A stretch of 35,062 nucleotides of DNA from Archangium sp. (GTDB lineage Bacteria > Myxococcota > Myxococcia > Myxococcales > Myxococcaceae): assembly GCA_031367385.1 (NCBI GenBank), contig JANLPS010000284.1:1-35062 (forward strand), written 5' to 3'. The translations under genes and the position numbers were made by a program. The notes under the pieces were generated by a model that was given only the letters and a program-made list of their open reading frames with translations, did not search any database and was not told the DNA's origin. The first letter of the stretch is position 1, and the number at the start of each line of letters is the position of its first letter. This document shows positions 16,501 through 24,937 of this stretch, piece by piece.

Positions 16501-17742
16501 GGCCTCGAGGGCGAGCGCGCCTTGCCGCAGCTCGACTCCGGCGGGGGCCTCGGCGCTGAGCTTGGTGATCGATTGATCGGCGCCCGAAGCGACCACCCGG
16601 CCCAGCTGCGTGCCCGGCTGCATGTCGAGGCGCCACGAGCGGTGCAGCTGCCCGGTCATCGCGTCACTCACGGTGTAGCCGGTGCCTTCGAAGTCGAGCC
16701 AGAGCATGCGCGTCAGGCGCAGCGTGTCGGGCGCGGGCTCGCTGTCTCCGCGGCTGCGAGGGCTGAGCTGCATCACGTCTTTGGGGCCCATCGCGTAGGC
16801 GGGCAGTCGCTTCCACTGGGCGGGGAGCGAGGTCTGTTGCGGGTCGACGCCGCTGACGCCCTCGACCAGCACTTGCCGCAACGAGGGCTGCGCTTCGAAG
16901 ACCCAGGTCTCATCATCGTCGACCCACAAGCCGTCGGGCTCGGGGCGGCTGAGCGACTCGACCGGGCCGTCATGCCGCGCGACGAATTCAATCACCCAGG
17001 TGCCCGGGCGAATTTGAACCCGCAGGCGCCCATCAGGCTCGATTCGCAGCGGAAAGGGGCTGCTCAGCGACATCGGCACGAAGCCTTCGAGCACCGCGCG
17101 GCCCAACAACAGCTCGCGGCTCTTGCCCGAGACCTGCAACTGCACCTGCGTCGTCACCGTCAGCGGTATGTCGTCGTTGACGCGCCGATTGACGACGATT
17201 TCGACGTGGTCGGTCTCTTCTTCGCTCGACTCTTTCTGCAAGAACACGCCGCCTTCGGCATCGCGGTTGGGCTGCGAGATGAGCTTGCCCTTGACGGTGA
17301 GCGAGACCAGGCCCGTCGCGGGAGGCACCTCGAGCGCCTCGGGCAGCGAGTCCCACTCGAAGCGGCCGGCGATGTCGTGCGTACCGGTCGGCACCAAGAC
17401 CGAGGGAGCCTCTTCGTGAACGACCACGATCGCGGGGTGACCGTCGACTTGAACGCCTTGAGGCCATTGGCGAACCGCGCCGGGCAGCCGCAGCCAGGTC
17501 TCGCGGCCGTAAACCCGAGCGCTCTGCGTGAACCGGCCACCTCGTTCTTCGAGCGACAACGCCAGGCGGCCCGGCCACACGCACTCGCGGGTCTCGGCGC
17601 CGTTGAAGAAGGGGCAATTGGCTTCTTTCTCGTCGTGCAGCACCCACGCGGCCCATTCGCGAAGAGGCCCGGGGAGCTCCTCTTTCTTCGGCGGAGCAGC
17701 GGCCGACACTGACGCCATCAGCACGAGCACCACGCCACGCAT
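13582..17742 (-). CDS. Large hypothetical multi-pass membrane protein (about 1386 aa)
   Basis: Long uninterrupted ORF with coding bias. N-terminal signal (ATG 17742) and two big beta-rich extracytoplasmic regions, each followed by a TM bundle. Confidence 0.85.
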   Translation of the reverse strand: MRGVVLVLMASVSAAAPPKKEELPGPLREWAAWVLHDEKEANCPFFNGAETRECVWPGRLALSLEERGGRFTQSARVYGRETWLRLPGAVRQWPQGVQVDGHPAIVVVHEEAPSVLVPTGTHDIAGRFEWDSLPEALEVPPATGLVSLTVKGKLISQPNRDAEGGVFLQKESSEEETDHVEIVVNRRVNDDIPLTVTTQVQLQVSGKSRELLLGRAVLEGFVPMSLSSPFPLRIEPDGRLRVQIRPGTWVIEFVARHDGPVESLSRPEPDGLWVDDDETWVFEAQPSLRQVLVEGVSGVDPQQTSLPAQWKRLPAYAMGPKDVMQLSPRSRGDSEPAPDTLRLTRMLWLDFEGTGYTVSDAMTGQLHRSWRLDMQPGTQLGRVVASGADQSITKLSAEAPAGVELRQGALALEADSRISGPVDSISAVSWDADFDSVQTTLQLPPGWSLISVSGADSVPGTWVERWSLLDIFLVLVLTLVIGRLFGIAWGVLAFFTLTLTWHEESVPQYIWLAVLAGEALMRVLPNSWFKTLMRVYRLAVWAALIIITVSFMVEHVRHGMYPSLAQQRSLGQMESWSQYSTQNEAQYQRSREGRAQNNVPNDSSNLDYEQTEEPSGIVVGSGLGSGSAAGYDALNSAPPQAKKAIAGKKRSLNVRDYDKNAMVQTGPGLPRWDWKKVSIGFSGPVQRAQRLSLFLIGPKVNFVLAFVRVLLLAVLLLCVLGFPGAFWPPALRRMIKTGASTMAVLFALFALPAFAGGPDEPEEPEAPVAPRSDVLAVLKARLLEKPDCAPSCASSPRLMLEATTSTLRIRLEVLSGAETAVPLPGQAQHWLPDSVLLDGKPASGLVRDEQGTVWLAVSEGAHQVILEGALPPRDTVQVPLGMPSYRVEAKLDGWTLDGLHEDGVADSNLQLSRKATNEKGKAAALQTGTLPPFVRVQRELQLGLTWSVETNVQRLTPTGSAVVLEVPLLQGESITSSDVRVQNGKALVNMPAGESSVSWSSVLESKSPITLTAPTNVPWVEVWRLDVSPIWHVQLGGIPVVHQQDATGVRLPEWRPWPGEKVTIEVVRPEGVAGQTLTIDQSSLDVTPGVRSTEVRFTANMRSSRGGLQAFTLPDDATLTNVTVNGTQQPIRQDGHTVSIPLVPGSQSVVLVWKQSSGQGSSWETPSLEVGAPTVNAEVRVHVPTDRWVLFLRGPRMGPAVLFWSFLLVLLLVSIGLSRVPWAPLKTRQWVLLALGLSQVPIAAIAFVFGWLVLLGWRKEKPELSRGWFNLRQLALVGVTFTALLIIGISVYQGLLGHPEMQIRGNGSSASLLQWFQDRTESAYPRAWVVSLPMNVYRLAMLAWSLWMALALLRWLTWGWQAFSTGGLWRSAPAVVTKPTTPPTTP

Positions 17743-17862
17743 CGGCTTCACGACAGGTCGGTTCAAGGCCGGCACTGTTTCACAGCAAGTGCAGGCGCGT
17801 TAGGCGTTTTGCACGCGGCAGTGGGGTGTCGCGGCGGGCGAATTCTAAGATATGCATCGGCG

Positions 17863-18348
17863 ATGGGTCTTTCTCGTTGGGTGCTGCTGTGCTGCTCGGT
17901 TCTGGCGTTGGTGGCCCAGGCGGCAGAACCTGATGCCGGCGTCACTGCGCCTGTGGTGCCGCTGGTGCCTGCCGAGGTGATTCGGTACCGGCAGTCGGTG
18001 ATGCGCGCGATTGCATCGCAGATCAAAGCGCTGGGGTTCGTCGCGGCGCGCAAGGTGAACTACCCCAAGAACGCCACGCTGCACGCGAACGCGATCGCTG
18101 AGCTCTCGAAGGTGATTGGCGACCTCTTCCCCAAGGGCACGGGCGCGAAGAGCGGCGAGACCGACGCGATGGACGCGATTTGGAAGGACCCGAAGGCGTG
18201 GACGCAGGCTGTCGGCAAGATCCGTTCGGAGGCTGACAAGCTGCAAGCGACCGCGATTGCCGGAGATTTCGATGCGATGCGCGCGCAGCTCGAGGTGACG
18301 AATGATGCCTGCGCCGCCTGTCACAAGTCGTTTCGCGCGAATCGGTGA
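17863..18348 (+). CDS. Class II cytochrome c (cytochrome c'/c556-like; 161 aa)
   Basis: Signal peptide, IRYRQSVM, LFPKGT..TDAMDAIW and a single C-terminal CAACHKSFR. Confidence 0.9.
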   Translation: MGLSRWVLLCCSVLALVAQAAEPDAGVTAPVVPLVPAEVIRYRQSVMRAIASQIKALGFVAARKVNYPKNATLHANAIAELSKVIGDLFPKGTGAKSGETDAMDAIWKDPKAWTQAVGKIRSEADKLQATAIAGDFDAMRAQLEVTNDACAACHKSFRANR

Positions 18349-20279
18349 TGCGCTGGCTCGTCGCCTTGCTGATGGTGTCGTGCACCGGCGCGGCCAAGCC
18401 GGTACCGGTGGTGATTGACGCGGGCGTCACGCGGGCGGCTCCGGCCGATGAGCTGCCCTCGCGCACCGCGTATTCAGGCTCGGCCGCGTGCCGTGATTGC
18501 CATGCCGCGCAGTACGAGGTGTGGAAAGGCGACTGGCACGCACGGGCACTCTCCGAGCCCACGGCCGCGACGGTGGCGGGCACGTTCAATGGCTCGCACT
18601 TCAAGGGCCAGTCGACCGAGGCCACGATGTCGAAGAGGGGCTCGACCTACGTGATGCGCACGGCCGATCGCGACGGCAAGGTCAACGATTACACCGTTCG
18701 TTGGTTGGTCGGTGGCAAGCGAATGCAAGACGCGCTCACCGAGCTCGACGATGGGCGATGGCAGGTGTTGCCGGTGTACTTTCACGTCACCGGTGGGGGC
18801 GCGTGGGTCGATTACAACGAGGCCAAGCAAGGTGTGGTGGGCCCGACTCACCCGTTTTTCTGGCAAAATTTTCGGCGCACCGCGAACCGCGAATGCTTGG
18901 GCTGCCACGCGACGGGCGTCTCGGTGTCGTACACGCGCGATGAGCACCGGTGGGTGACCGCGATGGTCGAGGGTGGCGTTGGTTGTGAAGCCTGCCACGG
19001 CCCCGGCGCACGGCACGTCGAGAGCAAAGCGGTGGCCGACATCGTGTCGCTGACCCGATTGAGCGCGGCGCAGCAGAACGCGGTGTGCGCGAGCTGCCAT
19101 GGCCCGAGAGAGCCCGTGTTTCCCTTTCTCGATGCGTCGCATCGGTTCGTGCCCGGAGCGTCGTATGCGGCCTTTTTTCAGCCATCGGGGTTGGTCGATG
19201 GCGAGAGCCGCTCGGGTGAATATTTCGTCGATGGGCGGCCGAGCAGCTCGAGCTTCGAGTGGCAGGCGCTGCAGCAGTCGAAGTGTTTCATGCAGGGAGG
19301 CGCGACGTGCTCGACGTGTCACGGCGCTCCACACGCGGCCGGGCAGAAAGGCAACGAGCTCAAGCCGGGAGCGCTGTGCACGGGCTGTCACCCGACCGAG
19401 GCCAGCACGGTGAAGGCGCACTCGCATCACGCGACTGCAGAGGGGCAGGCGTGCGTGGGGTGCCACATGCCGAAGGTGCTCAGCGGCGTGCTCGATCACT
19501 TCGCTGATCATGCGCTCGACGTTCCGGCTCCAGAGACCACGGTGTCGCACGGCGTGCCGAATGCGTGCTCGGTGTGTCACGCGAAGATGCCCCTGGCGAC
19601 GGTGGTGGCCACGACGGCGAAGTGGTGGCCCGACTCGACGCGCAGGCATCGGCGGGTGCAATTGGCAGACGCGTTCGATGAGAAGACCAAGGGCGCGAGC
19701 GCTCAGGCGTTGATCGCGGTGGTGAGCGATTCGCACGAGGCGCCGATTCTTCGGGCCTTCGCGGCGGAGCTGTTGGGTCAGCGCTTCGCTCCCGAGGCGG
19801 CGAAGGTGTTGCCTGGGCTGCTCGAGGTTGATGACGAGTACCTTCGCTCGCGGGTGATTTCAGGGTTGTCGGCGGCGAGGGCCACGGGCTCGGCTGACGC
19901 AATCACGAAGCGGCTGGGTGATTCGTCGGTGGTGGTGCGCGAGTTCGCGGCGATGTTGCTGAGCACGTGGGGTGATGTGCGTGGAGCGGCTGCCCTCGAG
20001 AAGCTGGCGAGTGACCCGGCCACGAAGAACCTCGTGCGGCCGCACCTGGCGTTGGCGAAGCGCGCGGTCGCCGCGAAGCAATTCGACGCCGCGCGAAGAG
20101 AGGTGGCAGTGGTGCTCGCGCTGATGCCCTATGCAACGAGTGCGCTGGTGCTCGAGGCAGACCTGGCGATGCAGCGTCGAGACATGCCCGCGGCGCAAGC
20201 GGCCCTTGAGGAGTGCCTGCGCTTCGAGCCCGACAACACCGGGGCGCTCAAGCGACTCGAAGTGATCACCGCTCACTGA
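18348..20279 (+). CDS. Octaheme c-type cytochrome lipoprotein with HEAT and TPR repeats (643 aa)
   Basis: Lipobox LMVSC. Eight CxxCH (CRDCH, CLGCH, CEACH, CASCH, CSTCH, CTGCH, CVGCH, CSVCH). HEAT-like (LGDSSVVVREFAA) and TPR-like (ALEECLRFEPDN) C-terminus. Start overlaps the upstream stop (TGATG). Confidence 0.88.
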   Translation: MRWLVALLMVSCTGAAKPVPVVIDAGVTRAAPADELPSRTAYSGSAACRDCHAAQYEVWKGDWHARALSEPTAATVAGTFNGSHFKGQSTEATMSKRGSTYVMRTADRDGKVNDYTVRWLVGGKRMQDALTELDDGRWQVLPVYFHVTGGGAWVDYNEAKQGVVGPTHPFFWQNFRRTANRECLGCHATGVSVSYTRDEHRWVTAMVEGGVGCEACHGPGARHVESKAVADIVSLTRLSAAQQNAVCASCHGPREPVFPFLDASHRFVPGASYAAFFQPSGLVDGESRSGEYFVDGRPSSSSFEWQALQQSKCFMQGGATCSTCHGAPHAAGQKGNELKPGALCTGCHPTEASTVKAHSHHATAEGQACVGCHMPKVLSGVLDHFADHALDVPAPETTVSHGVPNACSVCHAKMPLATVVATTAKWWPDSTRRHRRVQLADAFDEKTKGASAQALIAVVSDSHEAPILRAFAAELLGQRFAPEAAKVLPGLLEVDDEYLRSRVISGLSAARATGSADAITKRLGDSSVVVREFAAMLLSTWGDVRGAAALEKLASDPATKNLVRPHLALAKRAVAAKQFDAARREVAVVLALMPYATSALVLEADLAMQRRDMPAAQAALEECLRFEPDNTGALKRLEVITAH

Positions 20280-20285
20280 CCGGGG

Positions 20286-20960
20286 TTACGCCTTTCGTGG
20301 GGAGGGGCTCGAACCACCCATCACGAGCTCACAGACTCCCGCAGCCTCGTGCACCACCGCGAAGCACTCGCCCGGCACGACGAGGCCCTCGTCATACCCA
20401 TAGTCAGCAAACACAAACCTCACGGCCGCGTTCTTCGCCAGCAACGCGTCGACGTGCGAATCACCAACGAACAGCACCTGCTCTGCCGCGAGCCCCAACC
20501 TGCTCACCACCGCGTGCAAATGCCGCGCATCGGGCTTCGAAAACGGCTCGGAGTCACCCCCGGAGACCACCTCGAACATCGAGACCCACCCGAGATCACT
20601 GAGCACTTTGTGCGTCAAATGCGCGGGCTTCTTCGTGCAAATCGCCAGGCGCACACCGCGCGAGCTCAGCGCCTTCAGCATCTCGACGACGCCGGGGTAC
20701 ACCCTCTGCGGAGGAAACGGCCTGCGCTCGTACTCCGCGCGAAAGGCCTTCAGCTGCTCACCCGACGTCTCCGCAGAAGCCCCGAGCGCGTCTTGCATCA
20801 ACGCTTCACCTCCGAGGCTCAGCGATCTCTGCACGCTCGCGACGGTGATCACCTTGGTCGAGCCGCGCGCCTGCAGCATCGAATTCAGAATCGAGACACT
20901 GAACGACGCGCTGTCGATCAATGTCCCGTCCAAATCGAAGATGACGGCGGCGACTGCCAC
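20286..20960 (-). CDS. HAD-superfamily phosphatase (Gph-like; 224 aa)
   Basis: FDLDGTLIDS motif I, ICTKKP, KPD, FVGDSHVD motif IV. Confidence 0.9.
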   Translation of the reverse strand: MAVAAVIFDLDGTLIDSASFSVSILNSMLQARGSTKVITVASVQRSLSLGGEALMQDALGASAETSGEQLKAFRAEYERRPFPPQRVYPGVVEMLKALSSRGVRLAICTKKPAHLTHKVLSDLGWVSMFEVVSGGDSEPFSKPDARHLHAVVSRLGLAAEQVLFVGDSHVDALLAKNAAVRFVFADYGYDEGLVVPGECFAVVHEAAGVCELVMGGSSPSPRKA

Positions 20961-20967
20961 TGGCGCT

Positions 20968-22071
20968 TTACGCTCCGCGGTTCAAGATCAGCTGCTTGAG
21001 CGACGGGTTCTCGGCATACGGGCCGTCGATCACGTCGACGGTCAGCGCCTCGTTCGGCTGGAGCGGCTTGGTCAACTTCTCGCCGTTCATCACCTCGCGG
21101 CACGACAGCTGACCCTTCTTGAGCGGTATCGCGAGGTAGAAGTCCTTGTCGAACGTTTCCTTGTCGAACACGTACCCCGCTGGCAGCTCGCGCTTCGCGT
21201 ACGCACCACGAACCAACGCGTCGAGGTACTCGATCTCGCGCTTGCTGATCACCCGGCGTGAGTCAGACGAGCCACCGCACATCGAGATGGCCTTGTGAAA
21301 CGCCTTGAACCATTGATCAGCCTGGTGCGGGCGGGTGTTGTACTTCGAGACCGGCACGTCTTCGAAGTCGATGTCGATGTGGCGCTCCCAGGTGCGGGCG
21401 CCCTTGCCGTACGAGATGAACATCGACGACGACCAGTCGGTGTACTCGTGCGTCGAGTAGCCGATCACGTGGCTCGGGTAGCGCTGCTTGAGGTAATCGA
21501 TCTGGTTCAGGTTGAGCTCGTCGTCTTCTGACGGGTAGAGCGAAACGCAGTGATTGATCGCCAGCGGTATGTCGCGCTTCTCGAAGAAGTGAACCACGTC
21601 GTCGAGGTCTTTCTCTGACGCGCCACCGGTCGAGGTGATCACCGGGCGGCGGGTCGAGGCGATCTTCTCGATCAACGGCCAGTCGTTGATGTCTGAGCTG
21701 GCGATCTTGATGATCGGCATGTCGAAGTGCACGCACAGGTCGACCGAGGCTTCGTCGAACGGAGTCGCCATCGGGATGCAGCCGACGTTCTTGATCTCGT
21801 CGACCATCGTCGTGAAGTCGACCAGCGAGACCTTGGTGTCTTCGGTCTTCTTGATGTAGCGGGCCTTCTGGTCGCCCTTGAAGTCAGGGTGAACGAAGCT
21901 GTCGACGTCGCGAAACTGCAGCTTGATCGCCGCGCGCACGTTGTTGTACCGAACGACCGTGCCGAAATCGCGAATGATCTTCATGCCGCGATGCAGCTTG
22001 CCGAGGTGATTGTTGGCGAGCTCGAGAACAAACAAATTGTCGAAGAGCTCTTTGTCGCGTTGCGAAACCAT
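20968..22071 (-). CDS. N-acetylneuraminate synthase (NeuB/SpsE)-family PEP-utilising synthase (367 aa)
   Basis: ELANNHLG, IKLQ, TPFDEASVD, IKIASSD, STGG, HCVSLYP, GYSTHE, ERH, and a C-terminal SAF/antifreeze-like tail (RGAYAKREL). ATG 22071. Confidence 0.87.
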   Translation of the reverse strand: MVSQRDKELFDNLFVLELANNHLGKLHRGMKIIRDFGTVVRYNNVRAAIKLQFRDVDSFVHPDFKGDQKARYIKKTEDTKVSLVDFTTMVDEIKNVGCIPMATPFDEASVDLCVHFDMPIIKIASSDINDWPLIEKIASTRRPVITSTGGASEKDLDDVVHFFEKRDIPLAINHCVSLYPSEDDELNLNQIDYLKQRYPSHVIGYSTHEYTDWSSSMFISYGKGARTWERHIDIDFEDVPVSKYNTRPHQADQWFKAFHKAISMCGGSSDSRRVISKREIEYLDALVRGAYAKRELPAGYVFDKETFDKDFYLAIPLKKGQLSCREVMNGEKLTKPLQPNEALTVDVIDGPYAENPSLKQLILNRGA

Positions 22072-22116
22072 GTTTCTTCCGTCCTTGTGATCGATGAAAT
22101 GTCCGGCCAATTAACG

Positions 22117-23913
22117 TCAAATCTTCTGGGCACTCTCGCGCACGGCGCGCACTTCTGATTCGTCGAGAAACGGGTGCATGTCTTCGAGCTCAGGGGTCGT
22201 GATCACGCCGCCCACCATCTTCGACTTGAGCCGCGGCTCGAATTCTTGAATCAAGTCGAGCTCGACGTCGCAGAAGCCAGGCCCCTTCGCTCGCATCACC
22301 GAGGCGAGCGTGGCCTGCCAGCCGGTGCCCTTGAGCGAGAATGACTCGAACCCGAAGGCGCGGCCGATGTCGACGAAGTTGGGAAAGCTGAGGCCCGAGC
22401 TCGACGAGGCCCCGGCTTCGCGGCCGAAGAAGTTGCGCTGGGTCTGCTTGATCGACAGGTACCCATCGTTGTTGAGAATGAACACCTTCACGTTGGCGCC
22501 GGTCGCTCGCACGGTCTGCAGCTCTTGAAGGTTCATCATGCCGCTGCCGTCTCCGGCGAGGCAGATCACCCGGGCGTTGGGTCGGGCGGTGATTGCCCCG
22601 AGCGCGGCCGGTATGTCGAAGCCCATCGAGGCCGAGCCTGAATTGCTGATCAGCCGCATGCCGCTCTTCAACACGCCGACCTGGTACGGCACGATCGTCG
22701 CCGTCGCGTCGCCGCAGACCACGATGTCGTCTTTCTCGACCAGGGTGAAGAGCTCGAAGAAGAAGTGGTACGAGTTGATGCGGCTCGCCGAGACCGGGTA
22801 GTCCTTCACTTTGGGCCGGTATTTCTGCCGAATGCCCTGACACCACTCGACCCAGGCGCCATGCGCGGGCTTGACGCTCAGCTTCTTCGCCGCCGCCGTG
22901 AGCTGGGGTATGAAGGTGGTCAGATCTGCGACCGCTTTCGAGTCAGCGGTGATGAACGGCTTGCTCAGCTCGGCCTGATCGATGTCGACCCAGATCTTCT
23001 TCGCCGAGCGCGCGAAGCTCTTCCAGTTGTAGCTGGTCTGCCGAATGTTCAGGCGCGAACCCAAAATGAGCACCAGGTCGGCGTTCTGCAAAATGAAGTT
23101 GCCGTCGCGGGTGCCAATGGTGCCGGGGCGGCCCGCATAGAGCGCGTGCTCATTGGGAAAAATGTCGTGCGCCCAGGCGGTCGCCACCGGTACGCCGGTG
23201 AGCTCGGCCAGCTCGAGCAATGCCGTTTCGGTGCCCGAGACCGAGACGCCGGTGCCAGCCAGAATCACCGGCCGCTTGGCGCCGAGCAGCTCTTTGAGAA
23301 TCGACTCGGCCTTGGCAGCGTCGACCGAGGCCTTCGCTTCGAGCACAGGCGCCGGAGCGTTGACCCGCGCCTCGAGCGCCACCGGCAACACCGTGCCCTG
23401 CACGTCGACCGGCACGTCGACCCACACCGGGCCCGGGCGGCCAGAGACGGCTGCGAGATACGCGCGATCGACGATGTCAGGTACTTCGTTTTCGTCGCGA
23501 ACCAGGTGCACGTACTTGGTGATCGGCTTCGCCATGCTGACGATGTCGACTTCTTGATCACCGAGCTGCCGCAGCCCCGCGACCGGGTTGAAGTCGCGCG
23601 AGGTCTCTCGCTTGACCTGGCCCGAGACGACGATCATCGGCAATGAATCGGTGAAGGCGCCGAAGACACCGTTGAGCGCATTGATGCCGCCGGGGCCCGC
23701 GGTCACGTTCACCAGCGCCGGTTTGCGCGCGAGCCGGGCGTAGGCATCGGCCGCGAACGAGGCGCTCTGCTCGTGGTGGCAGTAGACGCGGGTCAGCCCG
23801 GGGGCTCCACCGATTGCGTCGTTGAGGTGCATGGCGCCGCCGCCGGTCACCATGAAGCAAGTGTCCACTCCGAGGGCCTGGAGTCGGGCCACGATGTATT
23901 CAGCGACTTTCAC
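22117..23913 (-). CDS. Thiamine-diphosphate-dependent enzyme (acetolactate-synthase-like/YerE-like; 598 aa)
   Basis: GTG 23913 with CAGGAG SD. FMVTGGGAMHLND, HHEQ, VTAGPGGIN, SGQVK, ASMGF and the GDGS..NN ThDP-binding motif. Confidence 0.9.
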   Translation of the reverse strand: MKVAEYIVARLQALGVDTCFMVTGGGAMHLNDAIGGAPGLTRVYCHHEQSASFAADAYARLARKPALVNVTAGPGGINALNGVFGAFTDSLPMIVVSGQVKRETSRDFNPVAGLRQLGDQEVDIVSMAKPITKYVHLVRDENEVPDIVDRAYLAAVSGRPGPVWVDVPVDVQGTVLPVALEARVNAPAPVLEAKASVDAAKAESILKELLGAKRPVILAGTGVSVSGTETALLELAELTGVPVATAWAHDIFPNEHALYAGRPGTIGTRDGNFILQNADLVLILGSRLNIRQTSYNWKSFARSAKKIWVDIDQAELSKPFITADSKAVADLTTFIPQLTAAAKKLSVKPAHGAWVEWCQGIRQKYRPKVKDYPVSASRINSYHFFFELFTLVEKDDIVVCGDATATIVPYQVGVLKSGMRLISNSGSASMGFDIPAALGAITARPNARVICLAGDGSGMMNLQELQTVRATGANVKVFILNNDGYLSIKQTQRNFFGREAGASSSSGLSFPNFVDIGRAFGFESFSLKGTGWQATLASVMRAKGPGFCDVELDLIQEFEPRLKSKMVGGVITTPELEDMHPFLDESEVRAVRESAQKI

Positions 23914-24007
23914 TTTTCTATGTCTCCTGGAGGTGCTCGGTGCGGGGGCGGCGACGTGCAATGCCACAGGTGAGGGTTTGGCGCAAAGTGCGCGTTTTTC
24001 AAGGCGG

Positions 24008-24937
24008 TTACGGCCTCGGTTGAACGAAGTGGTCTGCGAGCAGGAGCCCGTTTTTGAGCGCCTCGATGGTGGCGAGATCATGCCCTGGCACGATGTGCAC
24101 CGAGGGCTCGGCCTGCGAGAGCCGGTGCAGCTGGGCCAGCTGCCGAATCACCGCCGCGCGATCTTCTTTTAAGAAAAATTGGCTGACCAACCCCGCCCGG
24201 CCACGCACGCGGTCGATGTTCTCTTTCGACCAGGCCACGTCGCCGATGAAGAGGTACTCGACCCCGTCGGCGCGCTGCACGTAGACCATCTGGCTGCCCG
24301 GCGTGTGCCCTGGGCTTTTGATCAACACCACGCCGGGGGCGAGGGCGAAGAGCGCGCCGGTCACCAGTGGTGGGTACCCTTGCAGGCCCGCCGCGGGCCA
24401 GGTGCCCGGCTTGATGCTGTCGGGCAGCGAGCCCACTTGCTCGGCGGTCAGCTTGGTCTTCGCCAGCAACGCCGAGAGGTTCGGCTGCGCGGCGAGCCCA
24501 CCGAGGTGATCGAAGTGCTCGTGGGTGACGATGATCGTCTCGACCTCGTTCATCGCCGCCACGACCCGCGCGAACGCGGCTGTGTCGAAGTGCTTGCCTT
24601 CGTTGGCCTTGGCGGTCGCCTCGTTCATCGTGGTGTCGATGAGCAGCCGGCGGGTGGGCGAGATGACCTGGTACGAGAAGACGCCCATCGGCAGCGCGCT
24701 CCAGCTGTTGCCGGCGACGACCGCGATGCCCGGAAATTCGAATTGCCCGACGGTCTCGACGTGAATCTCGCTCGGGAGCTCGCCTTCGATTGACTTGGCC
24801 AAGCGGCGCACTTCGGCCACGTCGATGGTGAACTGGCCCTGCGGCGCCGACGAATCGAGAAAGAAAAACCAGTACAGCGGCGCGGCCAGCACCAGCACGA
24901 CGACCAGGCCCGTCACCAGCCGCATCACCCAGCGCAT
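24008..24937 (-). CDS. MBL-fold metallo-hydrolase, membrane-anchored/exported (309 aa)
   Basis: THEHFDHLGG, PGHTPGS, GDVAW, PGHD. N-terminal TM. ATG 24937 overlaps the upstream stop (TGATG). Confidence 0.88.
   Translation of the reverse strand: MRWVMRLVTGLVVVLVLAAPLYWFFFLDSSAPQGQFTIDVAEVRRLAKSIEGELPSEIHVETVGQFEFPGIAVVAGNSWSALPMGVFSYQVISPTRRLLIDTTMNEATAKANEGKHFDTAAFARVVAAMNEVETIIVTHEHFDHLGGLAAQPNLSALLAKTKLTAEQVGSLPDSIKPGTWPAAGLQGYPPLVTGALFALAPGVVLIKSPGHTPGSQMVYVQRADGVEYLFIGDVAWSKENIDRVRGRAGLVSQFFLKEDRAAVIRQLAQLHRLSQAEPSVHIVPGHDLATIEALKNGLLLADHFVQPRP

Noticed and set aside
18348..20279. NrfA or hydroxylamine oxidoreductase
   Set aside because: No CxxCK motif, and the HEAT/TPR architecture differs. 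Heme count alone is insufficient.
20968..22071. Calling a sialic acid (neuB) pathway
   Set aside because: No neuA/neuC/neuD in the window, so the product cannot be assigned from family alone.
22117..23913. Calling the ThDP enzyme ilvB
   Set aside because: No small subunit or ilvC nearby, and the context is sugar-biosynthetic.
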